Below are positions 29,601 through 37,830 of a DNA stretch of 64,000 bases, in pieces. The stretch lies in the IMG/VR virus record IMGVR_UViG_3300042691_005779. The stretch is one strand, 5' to 3'. A program made the position numbers and the translations under genes. Below the pieces are notes generated by a model. The model was given only the letters and a program-made list of their open reading frames with translations, searched no databases and had not been told where the DNA came from. The first letter of the stretch is position 1. The number at the start of each line of letters is the position of its first letter. Source of the stretch: a virus (lineage: Duplodnaviria; Heunggongvirae; Uroviricota; Caudoviricetes).

Positions 29601-31910
29601 AAATCTAGGACTTCCACTTATACGTACAGGAACAATTGTTGAGTTTATTGTTACTGGATTACCATAGTAAACTGTAATGTTTTGAGTGGCTTGTGTAACT
29701 GGATCTATGTATCTAAAAGTAGCGTATGCTAAAATAGCACTGGTCATTGTGATTGTAAATGCTGTATTTGTAACATTTACAAATGTAGCAGACCCACTAT
29801 TTAAAACAGGAAGTGTAATAGAACATATCTCAGTTGTAGCAGTAGTGAAACTTTGTGTAGTCACCTCTCCTGTAAAACAATCTGTATATTGTAAAGTACC
29901 AGCAGCTGATACTGTCATCTTATACGTATCACATTGAGAGTTGTAAGCGTTGTTTCTCTCAAGTAAGAATGGATCTTCATTAAGATCATTATATGGATAG
30001 TTAGGATAGTAGTAGTATGTAGCATTAGGGTCACTAGGATCTTCTCTAGTGTATTTACCTACGTTTCTAAGAATACCCTTAGCAATGATGGATTTGTTTG
30101 TACTTCTATTACCTCTTACTATTTTGAATCCAACAATAGAGGCTTTCTCTTCAGCTGTTAAATTAGATGCTTGGATGAGAAATGCTATTTGTTGTACGTC
30201 TACCTTTACACCAATTGGATACACAGCACTAGCATTTTGCATCACTGGTTGTATCTGTCCACCAGAATATATAATAGGTGCACTTTCAAAGTGAGGACTT
30301 ACAAGAACATCAGGAAACTTGTGATGTCTAATAGGTTGACCAGCAAGGTCTCCCCATATATCTACATTGCATGGATAGGTATCAGTTGATTCCCAATAAG
30401 CAAAGTCTCCAGATTGATATGGATAAGCCTCTCCTATTTTACCAGCATTTGTGGTAGGGACAGGATAAGTAGCAGTTACGCTAGCTGTATTGTATATTCT
30501 CCAATAAGGTTCAGGAGCACCATCTCCTACATAGTCTGGGTTAGATGTTGTCACATCTGCATATGCTAATTCATTTGCATTCTTAGCTCTACCAGGAATA
30601 TGGAAACCATCTGTTTGTTTACCATTGTCTAGTAAAAAGACTATCTCAAATGGATACACTTCATCTCTTAAATAACCTCTAAGATTAGTAGTGTAAAACC
30701 CATCAGCATATGTATTGTTAGCTGGTAACTTATATGTCTCCCACTGAAGTTGAATCTTATTAGCTATTTGCTGATAGTTGATTCTGTCAATAGAAGTTAA
30801 GTTATCCCACACAATAACATCCTGTACGTTTGTAACGTCTTGAGCAATATCATAGTAAGCGAACTTCTCAAGTACATCGTTAAGACTCAAAGGGATTTGA
30901 GTTATGTTCTGACCTGTATAAGTAATAGATGTAGACTTCTCTTGAATGTTATACGTTCCCACTAATTCTACAGTGGTTCCACTGTTAATGGTTTTGATAA
31001 CAGCCAAGTTAAAGTATTGGAAGTATCCTGTAACATCTAAGTTACTGACATTCAACACAATAGACTTACCTACATTGTAATCAAAGTTAGGTGTTGTTAT
31101 CTCTGTGTTTGCAATAGATGTAGGATTGGTAATTGAGTAGTATGATGTATATGCATCTCCTGATGCATTAGCATATTGAATAGCAAACTGATAAGTACCA
31201 GCTTTTAAATCTCCTCCTACAACAATGTCAACAACATCTAGACTAGGGATTTGAAAGTTAGGTTGTACTTTTAATTTATTACAATCTAAGGTTGCTTCGA
31301 TGATTGGATCACAAGTTTCATTACCTACATAAGTTGTGATGTAAGGAACTTGTTCAATGTTAATGTATCTTCTTGGATTTAATCCATCTGTCCAATAAAC
31401 CTCTGTTGTACAGTTAGTAATTTTATGTACAACCTTTTTAATTGGATAGTTTATATCAAAGTTTAAACAAGGAGAGTTAGCACAAACTGTTAGTTCTGTA
31501 TTAGGAATAGGAGTACAAAGCGTGTTGTATACACAGTCATTGTTATCCATATATCCTATCTCACTTCCTCCTGTTTCAGGATTAGTTAAGAAGAATATGT
31601 GTTTGTTTTTCTCTTGGATGAAGTGTGTACCAATAAGTTGATAACCTTCAGGAAAATTTAAACAGAACACGTTAGCTGGTTCATTCTGATAGTTTACAGA
31701 ATTAGAGTCAAAGTTTTCTAATGCTGCATTCAGGGCATAGGAAAGTTTCCCCTTCTGTACTTGATTTACAGAAGAGTCCATGTCTAGCCCAACTCTACCA
31801 AGATTGAATTCTTGTCTTATGTTAGATGTTCCTTGATTATCTGTTCCAGCCTCTGCCATATCTTGAGCTTCTATTTGGTAATTCATATTGTCCAAAGCGT
31901 TGTAAGTCAT
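26664..31910 (-). CDS. Giant tail fiber / receptor-binding protein (1748 aa) with poly-Thr linkers and a duplicated C-terminal Cys motif
   Basis: Poly-Thr/Ser linkers. The motif C(N/E)LSGTA(E/N)C(I/T)DC occurs twice (nt about 27250 and at the C-terminus about 26670). The 5-prime end overlaps ORF 31837..32823 by 74 nt, so the true start may be the Met at about 31781. Confidence 0.5.
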   Translation of the reverse strand: MTYNALDNMNYQIEAQDMAEAGTDNQGTSNIRQEFNLGRVGLDMDSSVNQVQKGKLSYALNAALENFDSNSVNYQNEPANVFCLNFPEGYQLIGTHFIQEKNKHIFFLTNPETGGSEIGYMDNNDCVYNTLCTPIPNTELTVCANSPCLNFDINYPIKKVVHKITNCTTEVYWTDGLNPRRYINIEQVPYITTYVGNETCDPIIEATLDCNKLKVQPNFQIPSLDVVDIVVGGDLKAGTYQFAIQYANASGDAYTSYYSITNPTSIANTEITTPNFDYNVGKSIVLNVSNLDVTGYFQYFNLAVIKTINSGTTVELVGTYNIQEKSTSITYTGQNITQIPLSLNDVLEKFAYYDIAQDVTNVQDVIVWDNLTSIDRINYQQIANKIQLQWETYKLPANNTYADGFYTTNLRGYLRDEVYPFEIVFLLDNGKQTDGFHIPGRAKNANELAYADVTTSNPDYVGDGAPEPYWRIYNTASVTATYPVPTTNAGKIGEAYPYQSGDFAYWESTDTYPCNVDIWGDLAGQPIRHHKFPDVLVSPHFESAPIIYSGGQIQPVMQNASAVYPIGVKVDVQQIAFLIQASNLTAEEKASIVGFKIVRGNRSTNKSIIAKGILRNVGKYTREDPSDPNATYYYYPNYPYNDLNEDPFLLERNNAYNSQCDTYKMTVSAAGTLQYTDCFTGEVTTQSFTTATTEICSITLPVLNSGSATFVNVTNTAFTITMTSAILAYATFRYIDPVTQATQNITVYYGNPVTINSTIVPVRISGSPRFTIVAANTNENLACYPQKLDGFNNNESPYRQVFNSPETSFGQPTLGNVLKLESVLFGAGRAHFVKVEKHAMYKLLTEQTQISALNSSKAIADLGGFNASAFFTAYQTYLQIYINGISRQNFAYSFNSRSSYDYSVDIPNDQGVKQRQLDKSQYIFPGVQSVGDNYDINNWNRESSVYTKSIETRTGVGAVPALPYPNKTPNLVVAGVSQISDTSRFTISQVDNCASPEAQEDIKVVSYYGSIKTINNGQWGQIYSYQTIDTGFQRIFNALPANDPEVIFGGDTFIGKFGFKTKLPFFIDNRVNAPDDSDIYYDEIGNVAYPQYWHSARSILSDYYVGGTLMKNIISTKAHYFDCPNDNIVQTSTSTTTTSTTPPPGTVVAGSLNYTYGGKMYLFAYGIPYYYVESSINVDLRQAFNNLEGDFYPHVSSGIPDQWFQESRVPIAFDNTYYYNTTFTKQNVENFFSHLPADWVQQLCYTHFPFRAIYSDRQESYSDNRINSWLIYRPVNFFDFPQNYGNLVSLDGIQNRATLARFENKTLLYNNLLTIDTSNPQAAYLGGGDLFGNTPPIDFAETDLGYVGCQNKMLLRIPQGQVTVDAKRGQIFLIQGTQATDISGFGSGLNRFFTDHLSFEILRYFPNIDTDNHFKGIGLHGVFDSKFERIIITKLDYIPQPGKEIFYDEVAKEFYVNQPTAGNTSVKRFINVTDLEYFCNKSWTASFNLNTKSWVSFHTYIPNFYIGENNFFYSGLNEGCDITAVAVTEIPSPTTTTTTTTILYCNLSGTAECIDCGITTTTTTSSSTSTTTTTTTATPTTTTTTTSSVFYNVDWRISEFSNTGQLIQLWYSTDFGATWTLWITSTFPISDYPLYDNFAGTIFNGGVTVYLAITDTSGNDIQYGTGASSGDFTSLCGKSNPFIIPSISAYTIVYFNLNASGGNFVNCPVPTTTTTTTSTSTSTTTTTTTTPPPPGCELSGTANCTDCI
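26700..26795. repeat. Poly-Thr/Ser-coding (ACN)n low-complexity tract; similar tracts at 27150-27320, 28480-28520, 35697-35800 and 38480-38530
   Basis: Runs of GGT/AGT/TGT triplets on plus (ACN on the coding strand) that encode the T-rich linkers of fiber proteins. Confidence 0.7.
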
Positions 31911-32823
31911 TTCTTACTCTTCTTTGTTTAGTCCATGCATCTTGTTTCTTAATCTCAATCATTGCCATTATAAAAGCCTCATCATGTAATGCTTTATAAT
32001 AGATTAGCTTTTGTTGTATCTGTTGGAATGTTTCATCAGTTAACTGATTAGACAATGTTTCAAATACTTTATATTTAATATACGCTTCAACAAACTCTCT
32101 GATACGATAGTTGTCTGGAATCAATTGATTACCAACACAATCATACTCTGTAGCATAGAATATCAAATGCACCACCCCATTTCTAAAGTTGGTGACAAAC
32201 TTATTGTCTCTAATATCAAAGCTATCATAACTAGCAGATCCTGGAGTGAACTCTCTAATAGGAGGAGCAGTTTGATAAAACTCCCAAGCATCTGTATAAG
32301 TTACATCACAGTTTTGTCTTGCAGAAATATTACCTGGTTTAAGTAAGTATTCATGCCTGAACGCTCTAGTTCCTTGTTGATTAGTTTTGTATACAGCTGG
32401 TATAATTTGAGGTAGACAACTTCCATCACATTGAGGATTGGTACAAGCGTTGTCATGTTGACAATCTACACAAGGAGTACCACCCACTGTTACAGGAGTT
32501 ACCTGTATAGTGGTTTCAGATAATGCTTGAGAGTAGAATGAATTGGCTGTTTGATAAGGGTATCCTTCTGCTGCTGTACACATCCAAGCTTCTCTCACAG
32601 CATAAAAGTTATCTGGGAGTCTAGCTTCAAAGTCTTCTACATATAACACCTCTTCACTAATAACATACGTTGCCCTACCTAGTTTCATAAGACACTTATC
32701 TAAGTAGGTTGGGAACATTAGATCATCTACTGCTCCTGTATCAAAATAAGACTTTAACTCTTCCTTGACAGTTGAATAAACTGGATCAGGAGAAACAAAG
32801 TTATACTTGTAATAATATGACAT
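31837..32823 (-). CDS. Structural (tail/baseplate?) protein, 328 aa, Cys-rich
   Basis: ORF in the structural block; CVDCQHDNACTNPQCDGSC cysteine cluster. Confidence 0.45.
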   Translation of the reverse strand: MSYYYKYNFVSPDPVYSTVKEELKSYFDTGAVDDLMFPTYLDKCLMKLGRATYVISEEVLYVEDFEARLPDNFYAVREAWMCTAAEGYPYQTANSFYSQALSETTIQVTPVTVGGTPCVDCQHDNACTNPQCDGSCLPQIIPAVYKTNQQGTRAFRHEYLLKPGNISARQNCDVTYTDAWEFYQTAPPIREFTPGSASYDSFDIRDNKFVTNFRNGVVHLIFYATEYDCVGNQLIPDNYRIREFVEAYIKYKVFETLSNQLTDETFQQIQQKLIYYKALHDEAFIMAMIEIKKQDAWTKQRRVRNDLQRFGQYELPNRSSRYGRGWNR

Positions 32824-32829
32824 GTTATT

Positions 32830-33306
32830 TTATTTTTTCCATTCACAGTAGATATTCTGATACTTACTGTCAATGTTTATGTAATGGGATAGTAATCTAG
32901 ACGTTGCACGAGAGGGCTTGAAATACCACAGGTCTATGTTTCTGATTCTTGTAGATTCTTTGAACCACATCCAGCCAAAGAAAAATCCTTCTGTATGATA
33001 GTTGAAATTGTATATGCGTTTACCTTTCTCCTTGGTCTTTTTCCAATCTATGGGTAAGTTAACCACCTCTTTACCATCTACAGTTTTTAGCTTTCTTCTC
33101 TTCTTTTTATTAATGGAGAACTCTCCAAAGCCAAAAGGAAGTCTTGCTTTCTCTCCTGTTTCTAGAATGTAGTTTTTAAAATAGTCATTATATAGATATA
33201 TAATGTTTTTCCACTGGTCAAATGTAACCTTTACAGTGGGGTTTTTATTGCAAAAATTATTATAGTTTTCTTTACTAGAACTTCTCCAATCTATTTTTGT
33301 ACGCAT
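32830..33306 (-). CDS. Basic hypothetical protein, 158 aa
   Basis: ORF; Lys/Arg-rich (KKKRRKLK). Confidence 0.4.
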   Translation of the reverse strand: MRTKIDWRSSSKENYNNFCNKNPTVKVTFDQWKNIIYLYNDYFKNYILETGEKARLPFGFGEFSINKKKRRKLKTVDGKEVVNLPIDWKKTKEKGKRIYNFNYHTEGFFFGWMWFKESTRIRNIDLWYFKPSRATSRLLSHYINIDSKYQNIYCEWKK

Positions 33307-34037
33307 TAGTTAGTGTTGGTTGTATTTGGTGCTTGACCATCAACCCCATCTGATGTTTGATCTGTCTTCAATCTGAAATAAGTTGATAACAGTTTTTGAG
33401 ATGTTAGTTCTAGCACCTGCTTTTCTAAATATCCAGGGCAGCCATATTCCTTATCTAAAGGATTCTTGCAGAGCTCATCTGTAGAATAGTCTACATTGCC
33501 ACAGCCACACTCAGGAAACATTATTTCATTAGGTACATCTTCTTCAAAGAAAGCAGAAATTCTTGCTGCCTTTAGCAATGGATTACTGATGTATAAGTAA
33601 CCACCATTGGCTATCCAATAGTATTGTTCATTCTTAATGATAGGAAGTTTCAATAAATTTAAGTATCTGTTGATAGTAATCTCTTTGAATCTTTTTCCTT
33701 GTCCACCCATAGCGTTGATAGAATATACACCCTGGATAACATATTGATAGTTTCCTTCTGTAATGCGAGGAAGTTTGTATCTGCTTCTTGCTACGTTACA
33801 TGGGTCTACATATTCACAACATTCAGAAATAGGAACTTCTATCATCTCAAGGCATGGGATGGTAGTAAACAAAGTATCAGTAGCCCAAAGCTTTCTGAGA
33901 TTTGTCTCACGTTTAACTAATAACTGTGTGTTGTTCTTAATCTCAGAAGCAACAACCCTATCAGTGATAAGGTTATCTGTGGACAGCAATTTGTGCATTC
34001 CACGAACGTCTGAAACTAATTTCCTTAATGTTGCCAT
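33306..34037 (-). CDS. Hypothetical Cys-rich protein, 243 aa
   Basis: ORF; start overlaps the stop of the upstream gene; CC..C and CGCG motifs. Confidence 0.45.
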   Translation of the reverse strand: MATLRKLVSDVRGMHKLLSTDNLITDRVVASEIKNNTQLLVKRETNLRKLWATDTLFTTIPCLEMIEVPISECCEYVDPCNVARSRYKLPRITEGNYQYVIQGVYSINAMGGQGKRFKEITINRYLNLLKLPIIKNEQYYWIANGGYLYISNPLLKAARISAFFEEDVPNEIMFPECGCGNVDYSTDELCKNPLDKEYGCPGYLEKQVLELTSQKLLSTYFRLKTDQTSDGVDGQAPNTTNTN

Positions 34038-35287
34038 TATAAATATTGTTTGAATATATTTGTCATTCCTGAGCCTTGTTCTATTAAGAAGGCAGTCACT
34101 TCAGCCTTAGACATCACGTGACCATTCTTATCATCCCAAAGACTCTTAGCACTAGAGAATGCTGGAATTTGGTAAAATTTAATACCATTGAAATCTTGAC
34201 TAACTTCATGGTGTTTATCTCCTGTGAATATGTAGAAGTTGTCATGGAAAGACCACGCTTCTCTAAATTCTATTGGAAATAATGCTGCAAGCTTAGCTGG
34301 CTTTAAAGCATCTCCATGATTAAACATCAATGCTGAACCACCATAGCTTACATACTTTCTATACTTAGGACTCACATCAAATGTAAGTCTGTTTGTATTT
34401 CTAAAATAGGTTTGTAACCAAGTAACTAAATGCCATCCTACATACTCATCATGATTACCTGCTACATAGATTACATTTACATTATCAGCGTATTGTAATA
34501 ACATTGTAATCATTAACACCTCATGGTCACATATAAAGCTAAATGAATCTTGATATGTATGAGTGTTTGTTTGAGGAGTGCCTTTAGTTGTAGTTCCTGT
34601 AAACTCACTGTTGAATTCATCAGAACCAATAATATATGTAATTTGATCTAAGTTATTTGAAAGCTGTGCTTGATTAGCAATAAGCTCCACCTTGTACATG
34701 ATAGAAGCTAGTCTATCAGCAATGTTGTTATTGCCATCAATATCATATTTGTTCAAATGAGAGTCTTGCTTATTGATAACCAACATAGCAGGAAACTTAT
34801 GTTCAGAGAACTTAGGACTCATAACTTCCTGACTAACAGGTTGATATGATGCTAAAAAGTCTACAAAACTATCTTGAAAAACTTGTTCTGTAGACTTCTT
34901 ACCTAACCATGCTTTGACTTGCCAATGAGGACTGTTTCCATTCCCCCAGAAGTTCTGTACATATTTAGTTATTTCCCATTTATCTGTGTCTATGTGACAC
35001 TTCTCAATTAGTTCATCTAAGCTCTTAACCTCTTCGCTAAAATTAGCTACCACCTCTCCTGTACCCTTTATAAGATCTTCTGTAAACTTAACCACTCTAT
35101 CTTCTAAGTCTGCTATGTAGTTTCCTATCTCTGCTTCTTCTTGTGCGTTTTCTTCTTTTCTGATGTCTGCTAACAGACCATCTATCTCTGCCTCTGTAAT
35201 TCCTAGCTTATCAGCATAGTATTTTTTTGATTTCTTCCAATGCAGCATCTGTTGAAGTTGCTCCAAAAGACTTTGGTTTTCAGGCAT
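34037..35287 (-). CDS. Calcineurin-like metallophosphoesterase domain protein (416 aa)
   Basis: Ordered phosphoesterase motifs: QDSH (DxH), IIGSDEF (GD-like), VAGNHDEY (GNHD/E, nt 34442-34477), FNHGD, GDKHHE (GHxH-like). About 130-aa N-terminal extension. Confidence 0.6.
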   Translation of the reverse strand: MPENQSLLEQLQQMLHWKKSKKYYADKLGITEAEIDGLLADIRKEENAQEEAEIGNYIADLEDRVVKFTEDLIKGTGEVVANFSEEVKSLDELIEKCHIDTDKWEITKYVQNFWGNGNSPHWQVKAWLGKKSTEQVFQDSFVDFLASYQPVSQEVMSPKFSEHKFPAMLVINKQDSHLNKYDIDGNNNIADRLASIMYKVELIANQAQLSNNLDQITYIIGSDEFNSEFTGTTTKGTPQTNTHTYQDSFSFICDHEVLMITMLLQYADNVNVIYVAGNHDEYVGWHLVTWLQTYFRNTNRLTFDVSPKYRKYVSYGGSALMFNHGDALKPAKLAALFPIEFREAWSFHDNFYIFTGDKHHEVSQDFNGIKFYQIPAFSSAKSLWDDKNGHVMSKAEVTAFLIEQGSGMTNIFKQYL

Positions 35288-35394
35288 ATGTAGGTAAGTT
35301 TAGTTAAAATTAGCGTAAAGATAGGAACTATTTTTGATATACCCAAAAATTTACTAACTAATTTAATTATATAGAATAACTTTTTTTGTTAGAG

Positions 35395-35431
35395 TTAAAA
35401 CAAAAACCCCCAGCCTAGAAAGGCCAGGGGA
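35395..35431 (-). terminator. Rho-independent terminator on the minus strand (CCCCCTGGCC-loop-GGCTGGGGG followed by UUUUUGUUUU)
   Basis: GC-rich stem 35407-35431 with an adjacent A-run 35395-35406 on plus (U-run on the minus transcript). It lies about 40 nt downstream of the stop of ORF 35472..36011. Confidence 0.7.
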
Positions 35432-35471
35432 TACTCTGTAAACCAACAAACAGAGTTTTTGATATTTTATA

Positions 35472-36011
35472 TTAAGGACATGCTGTTGTAGCAATAACAA
35501 ATCCACCATTGTCTACTTGATAACTATCTGCACCAGGGCCTTGAGAATACCATTGATTACCACCAGTTACAGGAGTTACACCACACTCACCTTCTAACCA
35601 TAATCTTGTAGGAGTTAAAGAGTTGTCAGTATCAAATAATACTAAACTTCCTAAATGAGCACATGCTGTAGCATTTGCAGGATATAAGAATATCTGTTGA
35701 CATCCTGGAGTTGGAGTAGTTGTAGTTGTTGTAGTTGGAGGAACTGTAGTTGTAGTTGTTGTTGTACTACTTGTAGTTGTTGTTGTAGTGGTATTAGCAA
35801 TAAGCATATCGATAGAGTTGGTACAGGTTCCTGTAGAAGTCACTCTAATGATTGTAGCATCATTGGGAACACCTGCTAAGCTGTACCCTGCTAATAATGC
35901 TGATTTAGATACCCCTGTAGCTAATGGAGTAGTGTACCCATCTGAATCTGAATAGATGTTGAAAGGACCTGTATCTGCCCCAGCTAGGGTTAATGTTATT
36001 AAGACTGTCAT
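35472..36011 (-). CDS. Fiber-associated protein with an N-terminal TGPFNI domain and a poly-Thr linker (179 aa)
   Basis: MTVLITLTLAGADTGPFNIYSDSDG...GYSLAGVPNDATIIRVTSTGTC is paralogous to the N-terminus of ORF 25783..26652. A poly-Thr stretch of about 25 residues follows. Confidence 0.5.
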   Translation of the reverse strand: MTVLITLTLAGADTGPFNIYSDSDGYTTPLATGVSKSALLAGYSLAGVPNDATIIRVTSTGTCTNSIDMLIANTTTTTTTSSTTTTTTTVPPTTTTTTTPTPGCQQIFLYPANATACAHLGSLVLFDTDNSLTPTRLWLEGECGVTPVTGGNQWYSQGPGADSYQVDNGGFVIATTACP

Positions 36012-36034
36012 ATTTAAATTGATTTTTTAGTTGG

Positions 36035-36298
36035 TTATGGACACTCACTCAATAGAGCACAGAGAGCAGTTTTTAACTGTACACTGTTTCCAATGGCAGT
36101 TAAAATTGCTTGGGCCAAGAGTGTTGGGTCTAGTTCAGAGTCTATCTTTTGGAGAGCCACTGTTACGTTATCATTTGTTTCTATACCTGTGTTAGGAAGA
36201 TTAGCTCCTGTATACTTTACATTGTTTGTACCAATGCAATATCCAGGACCTGCAGTTTGTCCTTCTGGGGTATAGCATGGATTATAAATATTTACCAT
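36035..36298 (-). CDS. Small protein (87 aa) consisting only of the fiber N-terminal YTG..GI.TND..ALQKID module; possible adaptor or a truncated paralog
   Basis: YCIGTNNVKYTGANLPNTGIETNDNVTVALQKIDSELDP aligns with the N-termini of ORFs 1..903 and 36309..37442. Confidence 0.4.
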   Translation of the reverse strand: MVNIYNPCYTPEGQTAGPGYCIGTNNVKYTGANLPNTGIETNDNVTVALQKIDSELDPTLLAQAILTAIGNSVQLKTALCALLSECP

Positions 36299-36308
36299 TT
36301 TGTTTCTA

Positions 36309-37442
36309 TTAAGGGATGTACATTATATAATATGCAGCAATTACAGGTTGAATGTTTGAGTGAGCTACGTTGTCACCTGTAGGTTCAACTGTTATAGATA
36401 CGTTGTTAGCAGCATTTGAAGTCACTGTAATTCCAGTGGTAGCTGTTGTTGTTGGAACATTAGTAGGAGTTCTATCTACAATACCAATGGTACCTGAACT
36501 GCTCCAACCTTCTGGTGTGTTACCTACATAGTGACTATGACCAGGATCATTTAATGTAACAATTGCTGTACCCAAAGCATTATGTGAGTGAGCTGGTAAT
36601 TGTGAAGGAACAAGCACTATTGAGTTTGCTCCTGCTGTACCAGACAGTGCGTAGTTTGGATTACCAGCAAATGCAGGATCTACAGCAGGGTCAAGACCAA
36701 TTCCTACAGGAGGTACGCTAGCAATAGCTCCTACAGCAACACGTCCTCTTTTATCAGGAGTACCATTTAAGCCATTGCATAGATACACCTTGTTGAATCC
36801 ATTTGCTGGAATACCAGCACCTGTTCCATCAAAGTTAGACAATGAACCATAATATTCATATGCTACAAAAGGAATCATCTTTGCAGACTGTTGAGTTGTA
36901 CCACCTGCTTGACTAGCTAGATAAGCTGCAATCAAAGCATCTAAGTCTGCAAGCTTAACATAGTTTGTATTAAGATCTAATGTAAGAGCAGCTAAATCAG
37001 CTTCTACTATACAAAGCTTTGTTATAACAGCTTGTAATACAGCATGTGTATCACTAGAGTCTGTTACACCACTTAGGCAGTCTACATCATAATCAGCATT
37101 TAGTATTGCTAGTGTTCCATCAATTGCATCTACTTGTGTCTGTAACTCACAAGCAGCTCTTACCAAAGCAGATAACACCTCTACTAAGTTAGGTGTTCCT
37201 TCTGGTAAGTATTGCTCTACTAGTTCACAATAATATGATGGGTTAATAGTTATGTCAATGCCAGTGCCATCTAAGAAAGAAACAACCTTATCAATAAGAA
37301 TGTTCTCTATAGTGAACAAGGAATCATTGGTTTGTATTCCCAAAGCAGGTACGTCATCACCTGTGTATCTAACACATTGGTCAGACACAATCTCTACGCA
37401 TCCATTGTAACAAGCTTCAGGAGGGCAATTTGAACAAGACAT
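36309..37442 (-). CDS. Tail fiber protein (377 aa)
   Basis: N-terminal Cys-cluster plus CVRYTGDDVPALGIQTNDSLFTIENILIDK module. The C-terminal region carries two HSH motifs (PAHSHNALGT, DPGHSHYVGNT), as seen in metal-binding phage fiber tips. Confidence 0.55.
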   Translation of the reverse strand: MSCSNCPPEACYNGCVEIVSDQCVRYTGDDVPALGIQTNDSLFTIENILIDKVVSFLDGTGIDITINPSYYCELVEQYLPEGTPNLVEVLSALVRAACELQTQVDAIDGTLAILNADYDVDCLSGVTDSSDTHAVLQAVITKLCIVEADLAALTLDLNTNYVKLADLDALIAAYLASQAGGTTQQSAKMIPFVAYEYYGSLSNFDGTGAGIPANGFNKVYLCNGLNGTPDKRGRVAVGAIASVPPVGIGLDPAVDPAFAGNPNYALSGTAGANSIVLVPSQLPAHSHNALGTAIVTLNDPGHSHYVGNTPEGWSSSGTIGIVDRTPTNVPTTTATTGITVTSNAANNVSITVEPTGDNVAHSNIQPVIAAYYIMYIP

Positions 37443-37450
37443 TTTATAAT

Positions 37451-37717
37451 TTATTTATGAATTAAAACTTTAACTCTACTAGCTATTCTCTGTACAGAGT
37501 AGGCTTTGGCATAGTTTGGATTACAATACTTGTATGTTAGTATTCTTCTGTAATTCAACAGTTCACCAATTGGGCTACATGAAAGGTTATAGTTCATAGA
37601 GAATATGATATTGTTATATTGAATCTTAGCTAACTCAGTTAGCTTACAATCAATATCTTGAAGCAACACAGGGATGCTTGCACATTCTATACAGTTAGTT
37701 AATCTTGGCTGCAACAT
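37451..37717 (-). CDS. Small Cys-rich protein, 88 aa
   Basis: ORF; CIEC ... C ... C. Confidence 0.35.
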   Translation of the reverse strand: MLQPRLTNCIECASIPVLLQDIDCKLTELAKIQYNNIIFSMNYNLSCSPIGELLNYRRILTYKYCNPNYAKAYSVQRIASRVKVLIHK

Positions 37718-37829
37718 ATTTAATCAGATTTGTAGCTTGCTTTACAGCATTGTTACATGCTGAACATAAGCCATTAATTAATTGACACCCACAGCCAACC
37801 TTAGCTCCACAGTTTCTACAGTTTGCCAT
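37695..37829 (-). CDS. Unlisted small Cys-rich ORF, 44 aa (MANCRNCGAKVGCGCQLINGLCSACNNAVKQATNLIKYVAAKIN)
   Basis: Own translation. The ATG lies 1 nt after the stop of ORF 37831..38445. Eight Cys in 44 aa. It overlaps the start of 37451..37717 by 23 nt in another frame. Confidence 0.3.
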   Translation of the reverse strand: MANCRNCGAKVGCGCQLINGLCSACNNAVKQATNLIKYVAAKIN

Positions 37830-37830
37830 A

